Assembly (NCBI GenBank): GCA_028534125.1
Contig: CM052817.1
Span: 64,482,001-64,546,000, forward strand
Direction of reading: 5' to 3'
Source: Lama glama
Lineage: Eukaryota
DNA: 64,000 nt
Below the pieces are notes generated by a model. That model had not been told where the DNA came from and searched no databases. It was given only the letters and a program-made list of their open reading frames with translations. Made by a program: the position numbers and the translations under genes. Positions within the stretch are counted from its first letter, which is position 1. Each line of letters starts with the position of its first letter. Shown here in pieces: positions 39,621 through 53,241 of this stretch.

Positions 39621-40120
39621 NNNNNNNNNNNNNNNNNNNNNNNNNNNNNNNNNNNNNNNNNNNNNNNNNNNNNNNNNNNNNNNNNNNNNNNNNNNNNNNN
39701 NNNNNNNNNNNNNNNNNNNNNNNNNNNNNNNNNNNNNNNNNNNNNNNNNNNNNNNNNNNNNNNNNNNNNNNNNNNNNNNNNNNNNNNNNNNNNNNNNNNN
39801 NNNNNNNNNNNNNNNNNNNNNNNNNNNNNNNNNNNNNNNNNNNNNNNNNNNNNNNNNNNNNNNNNNNNNNNNNNNNNNNNNNNNNNNNNNNNNNNNNNNN
39901 NNNNNNNNNNNNNNNNNNNNNNNNNNNNNNNNNNNNNNNNNNNNNNNNNNNNNNNNNNNNNNNNNNNNNNNNNNNNNNNNNNNNNNNNNNNNNNNNNNNN
40001 NNNNNNNNNNNNNNNNNNNNNNNNNNNNNNNNNNNNNNNNNNNNNNNNNNNNNNNNNNNNNNNNNNNNNNNNNNNNNNNNNNNNNNNNNNNNNNNNNNNN
40101 NNNNNNNNNNNNNNNNNNNN
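39621..40120. other. Assembly gap (500 N), probably hiding EIF4E exon 2
   Basis: N run between exon 1 and exon 3. The exon 2 sequence was not found elsewhere in the window. Confidence 0.9.
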
Positions 40121-43100
40121 TTCCTTTGAATTAAAAGTCCTACTTTAATTGAAGTTTTAGTCTTTATATTAAGAATATATAATTTTGGAGTTTTCCTATA
40201 ACTGAAATAAAAAGTTACTCATCTTTAAATAAATATGTGAATGTGTGAATGAATATGCTAATTTAAAATCTTTCAGTCTTCACTTTTAGTATTACATAAA
40301 CATGATAGATTTTAAGACAAATGCTCTAAAACATTCTAGAAAAAATGTTTATTGACCATAGACAATCATCTTTTCAGTATTTGAAGACTTTTAAAAATGT
40401 AAGTATAATACTGATATTTCATTTTTAGCCTTTTAACAGTTTAACAGATGTTCAAATTTTTAAACTTATTTGAATTTCTCAAATCCTCTTAATAAAGCAA
40501 AAGTGGTTTTAAGAGTCAATTGTTTTCATGACAGAATACCAAATACTCAAATAATCTACAAAAATATTCATTTACATGGCACAGATCAAATCTAATAAGA
40601 TTCAGAAATCATTTTCATGATAGAAATTACTTATGAAAACATTAATGTTAAAAAGGCATGTTTTCTCAGCACAATTTTGTTAGGTACCTGAGACTGAGGA
40701 TCATCAGAAAATAGGTAAAGAGGAACTATGATCCTTGTAGCACCAACTTCACTAAATTCTCCCTGAAAGCCCCTAACAGGTGTTTTCATGGGATATGTTT
40801 AAAAGTGGATCTAATCAGATTTTTTAACATTTATATGACTGTCAAAGAAGTAATAAGATTATTACATGATCTATATGGGAACTAAAAAGTACAAACTTCT
40901 CATTTTTATGGTTGCTTCCTATAGAGCAGACAGTAAAATAATTTTAAATTTACATTCAGTTTAAAAACAAAAAATTTTACTGCAAATTCCCACAACATCC
41001 CTCTACCTACTCTCTCAGGCTGGTGGTCTCCCCCAAAGGCAAATTTCATTGAAAATAATGTCTTAAATAGCCATGTTTTACCAAGACTTCGTTTGAAAAT
41101 TATCCAGACAAAACAGGAAGGGCTAATTTAACAGATTATGGTTACTCTTAAAGTAATCAAATACAATTTTAACCTAAAAGACAACCTGCAGGTGAAAAAC
41201 CACTGTATAACACATTTCAGGTGGGTAGAATGGAGAGCAAAGTCATGAGATGGTGCAGTGCTTATCTAGAAGATGGTAAGGAACCAGGGAGACTGAAAGT
41301 GAGGGTTCATGAAACCAAAGAGCTAGAATGGCAGGCTGAAACAAGACTGTAAAAGGTCTCAAAGGTCAGACTAAAAGGTGTGTCTTTCAGCTTGTGAGCA
41401 ATGGAGGCCATTAATTGACGGGTCAGTGATTAAATACAGATGACAAGGGAATAGAAAAGATAGCCAGTTTGAGTAAAAATTATTAAACCTGGTTTTGGAT
41501 TTGCTGAGTTTATGAGATCCAAATAAAAATGCACAGAATTATAATTTAGTGGTCCCAGGGCTCAGTAGCTGTCATGGCAACAGAAGAAAGTTGAAGGGGA
41601 AGAAATAAAGTCAAGCAAAAGTGGGACAAGTCTAACAATTAGCTGCAAAAAATACCAAGTAGCTTTTTAGTACTTTCTGCAAAAATCAGCACATGTATCA
41701 GGCACAATTATTAACCTTATAATAGGACAATCCTAATATTATAAAGCTAGATTTTCTCAGTTCTAGCATCATTTCTGTGGGGTTTTCTCTAATCTGTCTA
41801 AAAAGTTCAGATTCTTCCTTCTAGCCACGTTAAATTCACACTGCTTAAATTCTAAAACCAAGATGCACTTTTTCCATGGTTATGAACATTCAAGATCCCT
41901 GAGCAATCCTAAAACTAAGCACACTTACAAAATCTCTCTTCCAGAAAGATAAGGAGCGTTTCCTTCAGGACATCCAATTTGCGTCCATTACTTCATTGAA
42001 CAAATATTTATTCCTAAGAACTTCCAGGATTTTTCCCCCCATTTAGGACATCACCTAAGTGTTCATTGGAAGTACACAAAAATCAATAGTTTCCTGGCAC
42101 TAATAATGGTTTAACTCATAATATAGTCCTCAGACTCCTGCTGGTTACAGTGTACAACCAGGTTAAGTACAGAAATGGAAAGTAAACATTTAGAAAACAT
42201 TACAATTTGACAGTACTTCTATGTTCAAACTACTAAATAATACAAAAATACAGGCTTACATTTTGTACACATTTTTTCATCTTCTTTATCCTACTGTCAT
42301 CATTTTATAAAAACATTAGATTGAAACAGTTTAAAAACAAAACAAAAAGCAAACTAGTTTTCTACCAGAGTAGGATGAGCACTGGTTTAGATTACACATA
42401 TTGGAGCCATGTTACTCAGGTTGGAATCCTAGCTCCGGCATTCACGGGTATATAGTTTTGGGTAAAATACCACAGTAACAAATAGATAACAGTATTATTG
42501 GTAACTCATCCCCAGTAGCACTTCCTTACATTCCCCCTTCCTTCACTAGTTTTTAAGCTGAATTGCAAAGACTATTTGTGGCTTTAATAAAAATATAAAT
42601 GCTGTTAGGGCAAAAACAGCTGCAATTATCTTTACAAATTACAAACCCAACAATTCAGTAAACTGAAGGCATTACACACATTAAATAAAAATATGAAATG
42701 ATGAACAGAAAGGTAAGCAAAGTAAGAACAGCAAAGAATGAGGGTGCTTTATGATTTTTAAAGTGGTAACACCAACCCTCACACTTCAACCAAATTAAGA
42801 GTTTTTACTTTGACAGTTAACATTTACTAAACCGTTACTAAGAAACAATGGGCTACGTACGTATTTTTATATACATGATCTCAACATATTATCTCAATAT
42901 ATTCAATTTTCACAATACTGTGAAACAACTATTTTCTCTGCTCTTCAAATTTAAGCCCTGGAAGGTAAACATGTCCTAACTGTGTTCTACATTTTATTGT
43001 GGGACTGTCAAAGTTCATGACTAGGGATACTGTGTCCCAGTTTTACCTGTTTGTTGTTTCAGCATAATTATTAGCAGAGCCCTTGTTCACGCTCAAAAGT

Positions 43101-43766
43101 GCCCAGAATTAGATAATAAATTATATGTGATTATGAAGGTACTCTTTCCAGGCAGCATAACCCTACAGTATGTACTATGCTTCATATCACAGCCTAGTGT
43201 TCATTCAACACCGTCAGTATCTTCCAGGTGCATTTCACTGGCAAATTGGGAAAATAAGGCACGAATGGTACACCTCACTCTTCCAACACACACACAAAAT
43301 CCCACTACCAGGACAAAAAGCAACTAAATGCCAATGATTAATTACAGTGAGTTTATTTTATTATGCAAGATAGCATACTAAATAACTGCCTATGCCATCA
43401 AATATCTTAGAAATACATGTAAGAATAAATAAAAGCTCTCTTTCCTGGATACAAATAACTACCTCTAAGATGATGATTGTTTAATATAAGTAACGTATAC
43501 GTAAATAGATTTCATGACACTTTACTCTTTTTAGCATCCAAACATTCAGTTCACAAGTCTCTAATTTTTAGCAAAGATGCATTTCCCCCAGCACCTGCCC
43601 ATATATAAATTAGTATAATTAATTAACTAGTACACAAAAGCAGAGTCTCACCTCTTGCTTTGTAAGGAATGAAAGATCTGGTGTAAACAATGAAAATTAC
43701 AACAAATAATTAAATCAATAGTTACGAGTGTTCTTTTTCGAATACATAACTACAGTAAAGGAATAC

Positions 43767-43831
43767 CAGTTAATCTAGCATCACTTGTCTGGAAAAGTGA
43801 GCCTGTGGATTTTGCAGGTCTTCTTCCTTGT
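43767..43831 (-). other. EIF4E: Candidate 65-nt alternative (stop-containing) exon in EIF4E intron 1
   Basis: ttttgatcctttgttacag|ACAAGGAAGAAGACC...GATTAACTG|gtattc; purine-rich ESE-like GGAAGAAGA; in-frame TGA after exon 1. Confidence 0.5.
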
Positions 43832-45164
43832 CTGTAACAAAGGATCAAAATGGTGATTTTTGTGTCATAAACTAAAAAGTTGAAGTAGAAAAACAACCTA
43901 TGTAGATTTAGCAAAATACAAACCTTTTAAATTTAAAGCACTGCTCAAATGGAGAAAACTTTTTCATGGGAAGGACTATGAGATATTTATGAATTCAGAT
44001 TCAAAAAACAGTTATTTTTTAAGTATTCTTTTCAGCTAATGTAAGATAACATCTAAACAAAAAATACTGAAAGCTGAGGTATAGAGGGGATGAGCTATCA
44101 TCATTTGTACAAATGTGTTGTGCCTAAAAACACGGCAAAACTTAACAGTTGTTCAATTTATTTAAGTAACAATAATGTAATTACCTGACTAAAACTGATG
44201 ACTAACTAGCACTAGACTTTTAAATGAACAGTTAAATTTGCTATACCAGATCTAAAAACTGGTTACTTCTGAATAGACAGCAAGCCATACTTAACTACAT
44301 TGTACAAGTATAAAAAAATCCCTAGAGGCCATATTTGAATTTCTGATCTTCTAGAATATAATTTTAAAACTTGGAAGCACATATCCTTAACTACTAGAAA
44401 GACTTGTAGGCATCTTGTTACATTTAAAATAAACTAACTCTTAAAATAGCAATATATCTGTCAACAAAATTACTCTGCGTATCTTATGTAGCTTAGGACA
44501 AGTTTACAAATTCAGAAAAGAAAGTGTAATAGAAACAAGTAATAACATAAGTGATCTAGAATGATGAGGTTACCAATAAAATTTAAATGTCAGTGCTACT
44601 TAAACCAAAGGCTACCAGAAGACTCTTATTTTTAAAATAACTATATAAAGATTTGCAACAGTTGAACATTATACAAAAGCAAAAGTGTTTTTTATTCAAA
44701 ATAAATATATTTATTCAAAATAAATCATAACACTAAAATGATAAGTATTTACAGTGCACAAAATTATACTGGTTCCAGGAACATGGTAATTTGTTTCAAT
44801 CACTCTTAAAAGCTTTATAATCACAATTTGAAAGGCAAACATTTTAAAGAATTTAACTGCTGCTTCTTTTAAAATTTATTCCTTTTAAAACTGTGAGATT
44901 TCTTAAAATAAACTGTCAGGACAATAAAAGTTTTATATACTTTTTATCATTAAGCAAAAGTAGAGATTATATATATATGCATTAAAAGATGCAATGAGGT
45001 AAGATAAATCATGGTGTTCATGATATAAGCAGTAAAAGTTATGTTTGAAAAATCATTTTAAAATGCTAACGTAAATGTGGAAAAAGGAAGATATCAGAAC
45101 TGAATAAACAATGATAACTTTACTTTTAGGGAGGAGGAAAAGCATTTTATTTTTAATTTTATAA

Positions 45165-45700
45165 GCTCTAAATAAACTGTGGTACATCCAGACAATGGAA
45201 TTATTACTCTGCACTAAAAAGAAATGGCTATCAAGCCATGAAAAGACATGGAGAAAACTTAAAATCCATATTACTAAGTGAAAGGAGACTTAAAAGGCTA
45301 CATACTGTATAATTACAACTATTTCACATTCTGGAAAAGACAAAACTAGAGACAGAAAAAGATTAGTACTTGCCAGTGGTTAGGAAGGAGGGAGGCAGAG
45401 TGAAACTATTCTGTATGATGGTAAATATATGTCATTATACATGTGTCCAAATCTACAGAATGTACAATACCAAGAGTGAAGACTAATGTAAACAACAGAC
45501 TCGAGGTGATAATGATGTGTCAATGTAGGTTTATCCAGCGTAACAAATCTACCACTCTGGTATGAGTGTTGATAGTGGGTAAGACCATGCATACTGAGGC
45601 AGGAGGTGTTATCAGAACCCTCTGTACCTTCCTTTCAATTTTGTAGTCAACCTAAAACTGCTCTACAAAGGCAAAGTAAAAGAAAAAAGAAAAAGGCACA
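45165..45700 (+). mobile_element. L1MC-like 3' end in intron 1
   Basis: aataaactgtggtacatccagacaatggaa...atgatgtgtcaatgtagg...cctaaaactgctcta. Confidence 0.85.
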
Positions 45701-48700
45701 AAGAGGGATATGGTGAGAAAAAGAGAATCCACAAACAAGTAAATCAAAATATTATCCAGAGAACACCTTGCTGGGATCACAGATGATTTTTATTTTCCTC
45801 ATACCCTCCATGTTCCAAATTTATAACAAAATTATACTGAAGCCCAAATATATATACAGTCCACTTCTGGACTGCTCAATCTGTTCCAGAGATGTCAGTC
45901 CCCACTTGCATCAATATCACATTTTTTAAAGTTATCTCTGTTCAATAATGTTTTTTTTTCTCCTTGTAGGGCTAGTTCTCCATTCCTCTTTTCTCTTCCT
46001 TTTCAAAAATTTAATGTCAATTCTCATTTGTTTATTCTTTCAAATAAACTTCACAATCATTACAAGGGGCTTGCATATTTTTTCTATAAAGGGCCAGAGA
46101 GTAAATATTTTAAGCTGGTAATCTTCCTGTCACTTATTCTTTGTTTTGTTTTACAACCCTTTGAAATATAAAAACCATTTTTAGCTAGCAGGCTACAAAA
46201 ATGCAGCCCTAAAGCCAGCTTGTGAATCCCAGCATAAAGTGCAGTTTCCCACCCCACCGGCAAAGATTTGACATTTTGATTCATTTTATATTCAATTTAC
46301 ATATTAAATGCAGGAAAAATTAACATCCTTCCAATGTTAAATCTTTCAAAAGCAAATTATAATTTTTCATTTATTAAAATCCTCCATCATATTTCTCATT
46401 AGAGTTGTATTGCTCTCATTTACGAATCCTGCAAATTAATAAGTCAGGGTTTATAATTCCTGGCCACTTGAAAGCACTGGCATTTGGGTATATGAATGCT
46501 GCAAATTACTTGCTAGGTTTATTACTTCTGATACTTTTTGCCTAGTTACAGGAAACCTGTAGCACTGTATTCTGTTATCCGAATGCAACAATAAGTTACT
46601 TTTTAAATGTCATAGTGTTATTTCTTTCTTTCCTACTCAATAGTCCAGTAACTTTAAGGTTAAAGGAGAGCTGGGTTAAGCACTCAAGGAGTGCCTGGCA
46701 CATGCTAGGCACTCAAATGTTTGAATAAATGAATGTTTCTAATTTTGTTCCTTCTCAAAATCCCTCTGAAACTATAGTAATAAAAAAGTTAAAAAAAAAA
46801 AAGCCCACAACTAGGGGGAGAGCACAGAAAACAAACAAACAAAAATAACTAGAATACAGACTGACAAGTGGTCACTGATCAATGTAATACTTTAAATTCT
46901 CCTTGGCAGCACCTTTACAACTGGGAGTGAAGGAAGGAGGTAAATTTAAAAGAATCCATGACAGTTGTTTGGGAAATAACTAGATCCCTCCATCTGTCCC
47001 TACTCCAAGTCACTAGGATTGTTGTCATGAGTTTAAAAATAAAAAGAAAATAAGCAACTTGGAGGAAACAGCTAGGGAATAGAAAATGCCTTTGAAAATA
47101 CATACCTATATATATATTCTGAAGAGTAAGTTAAGATTTTGCATGCACACAATTACAGGAAGCTATAAAAGTGAACATGTAGAAGACCAGAGAAAGAGAA
47201 CATCTGGAAATTAAAGTTAAAAGACAAAAAAGGTTGGAAAATAAATGTAATTTCCCAGAAAACAAAGCAAAAAGAGATGAAAAAATAAGAGAGAAATTTA
47301 GAGAAAAAGAATGAACCAGGGCAGGAGATCCAGTATCTGAATAACTGTTTCAAGGAACAAAAGGGGAAGGGGATCACAAATAAATCTGTCAGAAGTGATA
47401 GATATGAGTTGCTATATTAATTAAAAAGCCCAATGAGCACTCAGCACAATGAATGACAATACTCATACTAAAGCATGTCATTGTTAAGTGACAAGGAGAG
47501 TCTAAACTTCTGGAAAGTGGGAAGAGAACTGATCACATTAAAAAAAAGTCATCAGAATTCCTTACTTACCAACAGCTACGACAGAAGATGACAATGGAAC
47601 TTCAAAATTCTGAAGAAAAGAATTCTACACCCCAAACTACAAGTATGATAGTTTAATACGCATGGTCTCCAAAAATCTTTAATCCTCATGTAACTTTTCT
47701 CAAAAAACTACTGGAAGATGTGATCCAAAGTGAAACAAGTAACCAAATAAGAGGAAGACACGGGACACAGCAAACAAGAGGAGTGCAACACAGAAGTCCT
47801 ATGAGAGCAAATTAGGAGTGTAGTCAAAGGAGAGCCAAGAAAGACAGGTGTGCACCAGATATAGAGAGCAACAGACCAGACTGGAGCAATGTGATTCAGT
47901 CTACATTCATTTGGTGTCTGTTATGACCCAGATGCTTACAATTCTACCCTTTTAAAAAAACAAAAAACAAAAATCACTGATTGCCATGTGCCTACAGATA
48001 ATTCAGCTTAAATATGTGATAACAAAGCTTCTTTTCCGAATTCTTTTGTACTCTGCTACCTGGAACAGCTAAGAATTTCACACCAGAATTAACCTACTCT
48101 TAAAACAAGATACAGAACAGATCACTCCCACCAACCACTCTTCTAACTAAAGGTTCTTTGCCTGGCGCATACCACAACCCACCAGGTAACCGTAGAGTCC
48201 TATATTTTTCTGAACATGTTCATGACGGACTGGTTTTCCCAAGAGGGGCTGCAGTAGAAATTCCAGGAAGCTGAAGCCAAACAATAGTCCAGAAATGGTG
48301 TTCAGCTTATTTTAGCTTAGGAAACTTCATCTAACAGCAATACTGTGCTTTCCTTACACATCATCTAAATTATTCTTTTTTTAAAACTAAAATACATAAC
48401 TAAAAGATACACACTCTGGAGATTAAACTCTAAAGGTAATTAGCCTGTAAAAAGAATAAAATCAAAGGAATGATTAACACGAAATTCAGGATAGTGAGTA
48501 GGGAAAGGGCCAAAGAAATGCAAATGTGATCATGGAGTACAAAACTGAGGTACCGATGTGTTATATGATAGGTACTCTGGTTTTCAGTTTATTACTCTAA
48601 AACTTATGTACACATGTATTTTATATTTTTCTACATATAAACATCTCATAATTAGAAAGGAAGGGAGCTCTAGTAAAAAAAACTGTAGCCTGATAGCCAA

Positions 48701-49384
48701 CTACAGCTGCAGAAGTGTTTTATTTGACTAGTAGAGTTTTTCACTTTCAATTTGTTACTAAAACATTCACCTTACAGGTACATTATCTCATGTATGGAAT
48801 GATACAGATGAAAGGTCTATTCATCACAGCACTGAAATAGCAAATGGTGGGAATGCCAAAGCATGTTACATGCCTGGGGGATGAGGGGAGCAGGGAGAGA
48901 AGACTGCTCAAAGGTATGAATACAGGGAGGTTATGATTCTTCAGGGGGCATTACCCTAACAATCTTCCCACACCTTTCAATTCAATATTGCCTTTCTCAA
49001 ATAATTACTGTGGTTACCAATCTTTCTAATTATTGAATTTATCACCTATTCCTAGGCTTATCCGGTATGGATCATATGGCCAAACCAATAAACACAATGG
49101 CACTACAATTTACCCAAAATTAATAATCATATTCCCTTTATAATCAATACAGGAATGTTACAAACTCCAATATACTTATATGCCTTAATTGGACCCCAGC
49201 TAACATTGATCAGTATAGAAATAAATGTTTAAGACCAAATCACCTAATACATACCATCAGAAAGTGAAAGCTTTATGTGTTGATATGCAATGCTCTAGAA
49301 GACACATTATTAAGTGAAAAACACACTGTGCCAGAATAATGTATATAGCTGGCTAAAATTTATTATTATTTTTTAAAGAATATA

Positions 49385-49595
49385 CAGTTAACCCTTGAAC
49401 AATGTAGGGATTAGGGGCACCCGACCCTGCACAGTCAAAAATCCACACATAGCTTTTATAGTCAGTCCTCCTTATCCACTGTCCAGCATCTGTGAATTCA
49501 ACCAATGGCAGGTTGTGTAGTACACATTCAGTGAAAAAACTCCGCCTATAAGTGGAGTCCTGAAGTTCAAACCCATGCTGTTCAAGGGTCAACTG
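49385..49595. mobile_element. Tigger2-family MITE (MER8-like)
   Basis: Terminal inverted repeats CAGTTAACCCTTGAACA / TGTTCAAGGGTCAACTG flanked by TA. Confidence 0.85.
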
Positions 49596-49622
49596 TATGT
49601 CATTATTTGCCTGTATATATAT

Positions 49623-49788
49623 CTGTCCCTCAGTATCTGTGGGGGATGGGTCCCAGGACCCCCAATACCAAAATCTGCAGATGTTCAAGTTCCTTATATA
49701 AAATGGTGTAGTAAGATGGCCCTCTAAAATCTGAACTGTAGTTGGCTGAATCTTCATATAGGGAACCTGTGGTAAGAAGGGCCAACTG
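49623..49788. mobile_element. MER2-like Tigger MITE
   Basis: gtccctcagtatctgtggggga...ccaaaatctgcagatg.tcaagt.ccttatataaaatgg...gggccaactg. Confidence 0.75.
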
Positions 49789-50179
49789 AATATAAATCTC
49801 TATGGAAAGATGTGAACTGATCAGATGGTTGCCCCTGGAGGTGATCCACCTGAATGGGATGAGCTAGAGGAAACTTCACTCTTCTGCACAAAATTTGAGT
49901 TTTGGACAATGTCAACAACTGCCTATTCACACACACATATTTTTAAGCAGGAAAAAAAAAAGCCATAGGACAATTTAAATTTTAAGACAATTTTAACTGT
50001 CCATACAAGACCAAATAATGGCCTTGGAAAGTTTAACGTATAATAGATAAGTTCTCCTAGAGTAAAATTAAACAATAACTTGCCCAACCAAATTGGTCTT
50101 GGTCATACCCAGTTGTACCTTACAAAGTTATAACGTGCATGTATGTTCATAAACACAAAGATATGTCTAGATTCCAGAG

Positions 50180-50390
50180 CTACAGTGTCCAGTTTGGTAT
50201 CTATTAGCTATAAATGGAATTAAATTTCAATTAAAATTACATTTAAATTAAAAAGTTTAAAACTCATTTCCTTGGTTGGATAAGTCTTACTTCAAGTGCT
50301 CAATAGCCACATGCAGCTAGTGGCTATCATACTGGACAGCACAAATATAGACCATTTCCAACTCACAGAAAGTTCTCTTGGCCAGTCCTT
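50180..50390. mobile_element. MER3/MER33-like hAT element
   Basis: ttcaagtgctcaatagccacatg...ctagtggcta...tggacagc. Confidence 0.7.
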
Positions 50391-51859
50391 TCTTAGATGA
50401 GTTCTCAAAAAACTGGTTAACATGCTTTGTAGAGGAGAACTAGGGGTAGCTGGAGAAAACAGATAGGAGATAGGCTTTTCACACCAATAAGACAGTACTT
50501 TGCAATGCCAGGCAGCATCCTTAACGCTTCATGTTAAGTTATTTAATCCTTACTGAACTTCAATAGAATTAGTTTCCTTTGTAACGTAAGTATTTTATTT
50601 AGGGCATTTAAAAACATTCTGAAAATGAGGTCACAGGTGCCACCAGATTGCTAAAAAAATCCATTTGAATTTTGGACTATAAGCATGTATTACTCAGCCT
50701 CTAGGAAAAAAGTTATTAAAAATAAAAAGCTAAATACCATTAACTTTAAACCAAAACCCAAGAGATTTTACAATCCTAAACATTATTAAAAAGTTGTACA
50801 AGTTCAAAAAAAAAAGGTATCACTTCTAATCCCACCATGCCACCACCCATAAATCACCTGATACATCCTTTCACAGATATGATTTTTTTATTTTTTGAGG
50901 TCAATGATGACTTATGCATCAATTTTATCCTTAAGGTAAGAATTTTACTGAAGGTAAAGAGCTGGGCTTTTAATAGCTTTGGTTAAGTTTTAGTTTCTCA
51001 CTCATAAGTATTTATCCCAAAATACCAAGATTTGGGGAAAAAAAAAAACCCTACAAGAAAAAGATGGACATTTTATCTTTCTATTAAAATATTTGTCTTA
51101 GTTAATACTTGAAGTTATCAGACTCTGTGGTTGTATAAGCTGTTGCCCTAAGATGACCATGCAAAACCCCATTAAGAATTTTTTTTAACAGTACTAATAT
51201 TAGTTCACATAAATACTAAAACCTTAATGACTGTCACTATAATAAGCACAGCACAAAAAGATTATAATTTCTGTACAGCATTTTGTAATAGCAAGTTTAA
51301 AATATGTAACTAAAAACATTTTAACTTTAAGGATTACTGCAAAGCCATGGGGTTTCAAAGAAATCTTATGGTCTTATTACTATCTTCCCCAAATAATTTA
51401 CTTTTAAGACTAGCAACATACTATAACTGAAACTTTTTCATAACAAAATTACTAACAGTACAAAGGTAGTTGACAATAAATTCCATATTCTCAAATTCTT
51501 AAAAAATTTACTACACTGTTTCCACCAGCAAAAAATTTTAACTGGCAAATCATTTGAATTGACAAGGTCGAAAAATCAAATGAGAAGGAGAAGGGAAGTG
51601 ATCATTTACTTTCTTCAGAAATCTACCCACAAAGTTCTAGACCAGTTACTGAAGTATGATCAGTATTAACTATTACATCAAGGTGCTATTTAAGATTCTA
51701 TACTTTGGTTATCAGTTATCAAATGTTGTAGTACAACAGCAACTAAAAACAAATAAATGTCCACACATTTTCTTTCAGAGTTGTAGCAAAATATCCATTG
51801 TTTATCAAAGTAATTTTTCCAAGTCACATGAGGAATGCACATTATACGCCTATTGGAAA

Positions 51860-52113
51860 GACAGTGTTAAGGTTAAGAACACACACTCAGGAACTTGGCT
51901 GCTTTAGTTTGAACTCCACCCCAACACTTATTAGCTGTATGATCTTGGGCTAGTTAGTCACCAAAGTTAATCCTCCTGCACCTTGGTTTCCTCATCTGTG
52001 AAATAAGAATAATCCCCACTTCACTGGGCTGCTGTAAAAATTAAATCAATTAACATGTAAAGCATTTGGTGTGGTGCCTGACATATGTAAAGTGCTATGA
52101 GTTAGCTATTATT
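51860..52113 (+). mobile_element. MIR SINE
   Basis: agctgtatgatcttgggc...ggtttcctcatctgtgaaat...gtgcctgacat...ttagctattatta. Confidence 0.8.
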
Positions 52114-52164
52114 AACAAATAAAGATCTGCCTACATAAAAAAAATCCTCTTACAGATTGTGTGT

Positions 52165-52312
52165 TTTTTTATTTTTTATTTTTTTGGAGAGGGGGTAATT
52201 AGGTTTACATATTTATTTATTTATTTTTATAGGAGGTGCTGGGAACTGAACCTAGACCTTGTGTATGCTAAGCATGCACTCTACCACTCAAGCTATACCC
52301 TCCCTGACCCTC
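52165..52312 (-). mobile_element. tRNA-Ala-derived camelid SINE (vic-1 type) in intron 1
   Basis: ggaggtgctggg...gctaagcatgcactctaccact...gctataccc with a T-rich tail on the + strand. Confidence 0.82.
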
Positions 52313-53015
52313 CAGATGGTGTTTAAAAGATCTTTTTATTAAGCCAGTTACTTAGAACTCTAGATCCACATCCCTGGAAATTCAATGCTGGTAAGATATT
52401 TCACAATTCCATAGAAACTTACAGAACACAGTGAGCCAAAACTACAGTTTCTCATTCTTTCTAAGGACTATGTATCAAAAGTTACAACTAGGAAAAAAAA
52501 TCTTATTTTTCTAACCACATTCTCAGGTTCTAGAAGTGACTAGAAATAACTATTTAGTGCACAAGGGACAAAAATGATCCTTTCTTTTTTCTCTAGACAT
52601 GAATAGGGACTTTGAAAGAGACACTAGTGATTTTTACGGTTACATTAGGAGTAGAAAGAGTTATTTGTGGGTTTTGGGTCATAAGCATTGCATTTCTTGC
52701 TAATGGCAAAGTAATGATAATGAAAAGTCAGCTATGTGTTACTCCCAGCAAAGAGTGGCAAAGGCGAGTATACCTATGCATGGATATACCTGCATGCAAC
52801 ACATTCACGGAATATTGACTTTATCTTACAGTTCTTCATAACTGACAAACTGTCATCCGTGAATACTACATTGGAAAATCAAAATCACTGTAAGATCTCT
52901 TATTCCCATTTTTTCAGCTAGACTTAGAAATTTCAGTCTTGAAGTTCATACAGATATTAAAATTGGATGGTAATTCATGCTGGATTCCACTTCTCAAAAA
53001 ATTCTCTATGATAAA

Positions 53016-53241
53016 CAAGTTCATACTGTATAGCACAGGGAACTATATTCAATATCTTGTAGTAACTTATGGTGAAAAAGAATATGAAAACGAATATAGG
53101 TATGTTCATGTATGACTGAAGCATTATGCTGTATACCAGAAGTTGACACAACATTGTAAACTGTACTTCAATAAAAATATATATGAAAAAGAGAAAAATA
53201 GTATGTAATACAATTTCAATTAAAATGTTAATAGTTGATAA
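53016..53241 (+). mobile_element. Young L1 3'-terminal fragment with a short 3' extension
   Basis: tactgtatagcacagggaactatattcaatatcttgta...; flanking direct repeat AAAAAATTCTCTATGATAAA at 52996-53015 and 53242-53261. Confidence 0.85.

Noticed and set aside
38100..43831. The 65-nt cassette as a coding replacement for exon 2 (both lengths are 2 mod 3)
   Set aside because: It contains in-frame TGA and TAG, so it cannot restore the protein.
49353..49757. 134-aa minus-strand ORF
   Set aside because: It lies across two adjacent Tigger-family MITEs and has no recognisable protein features.
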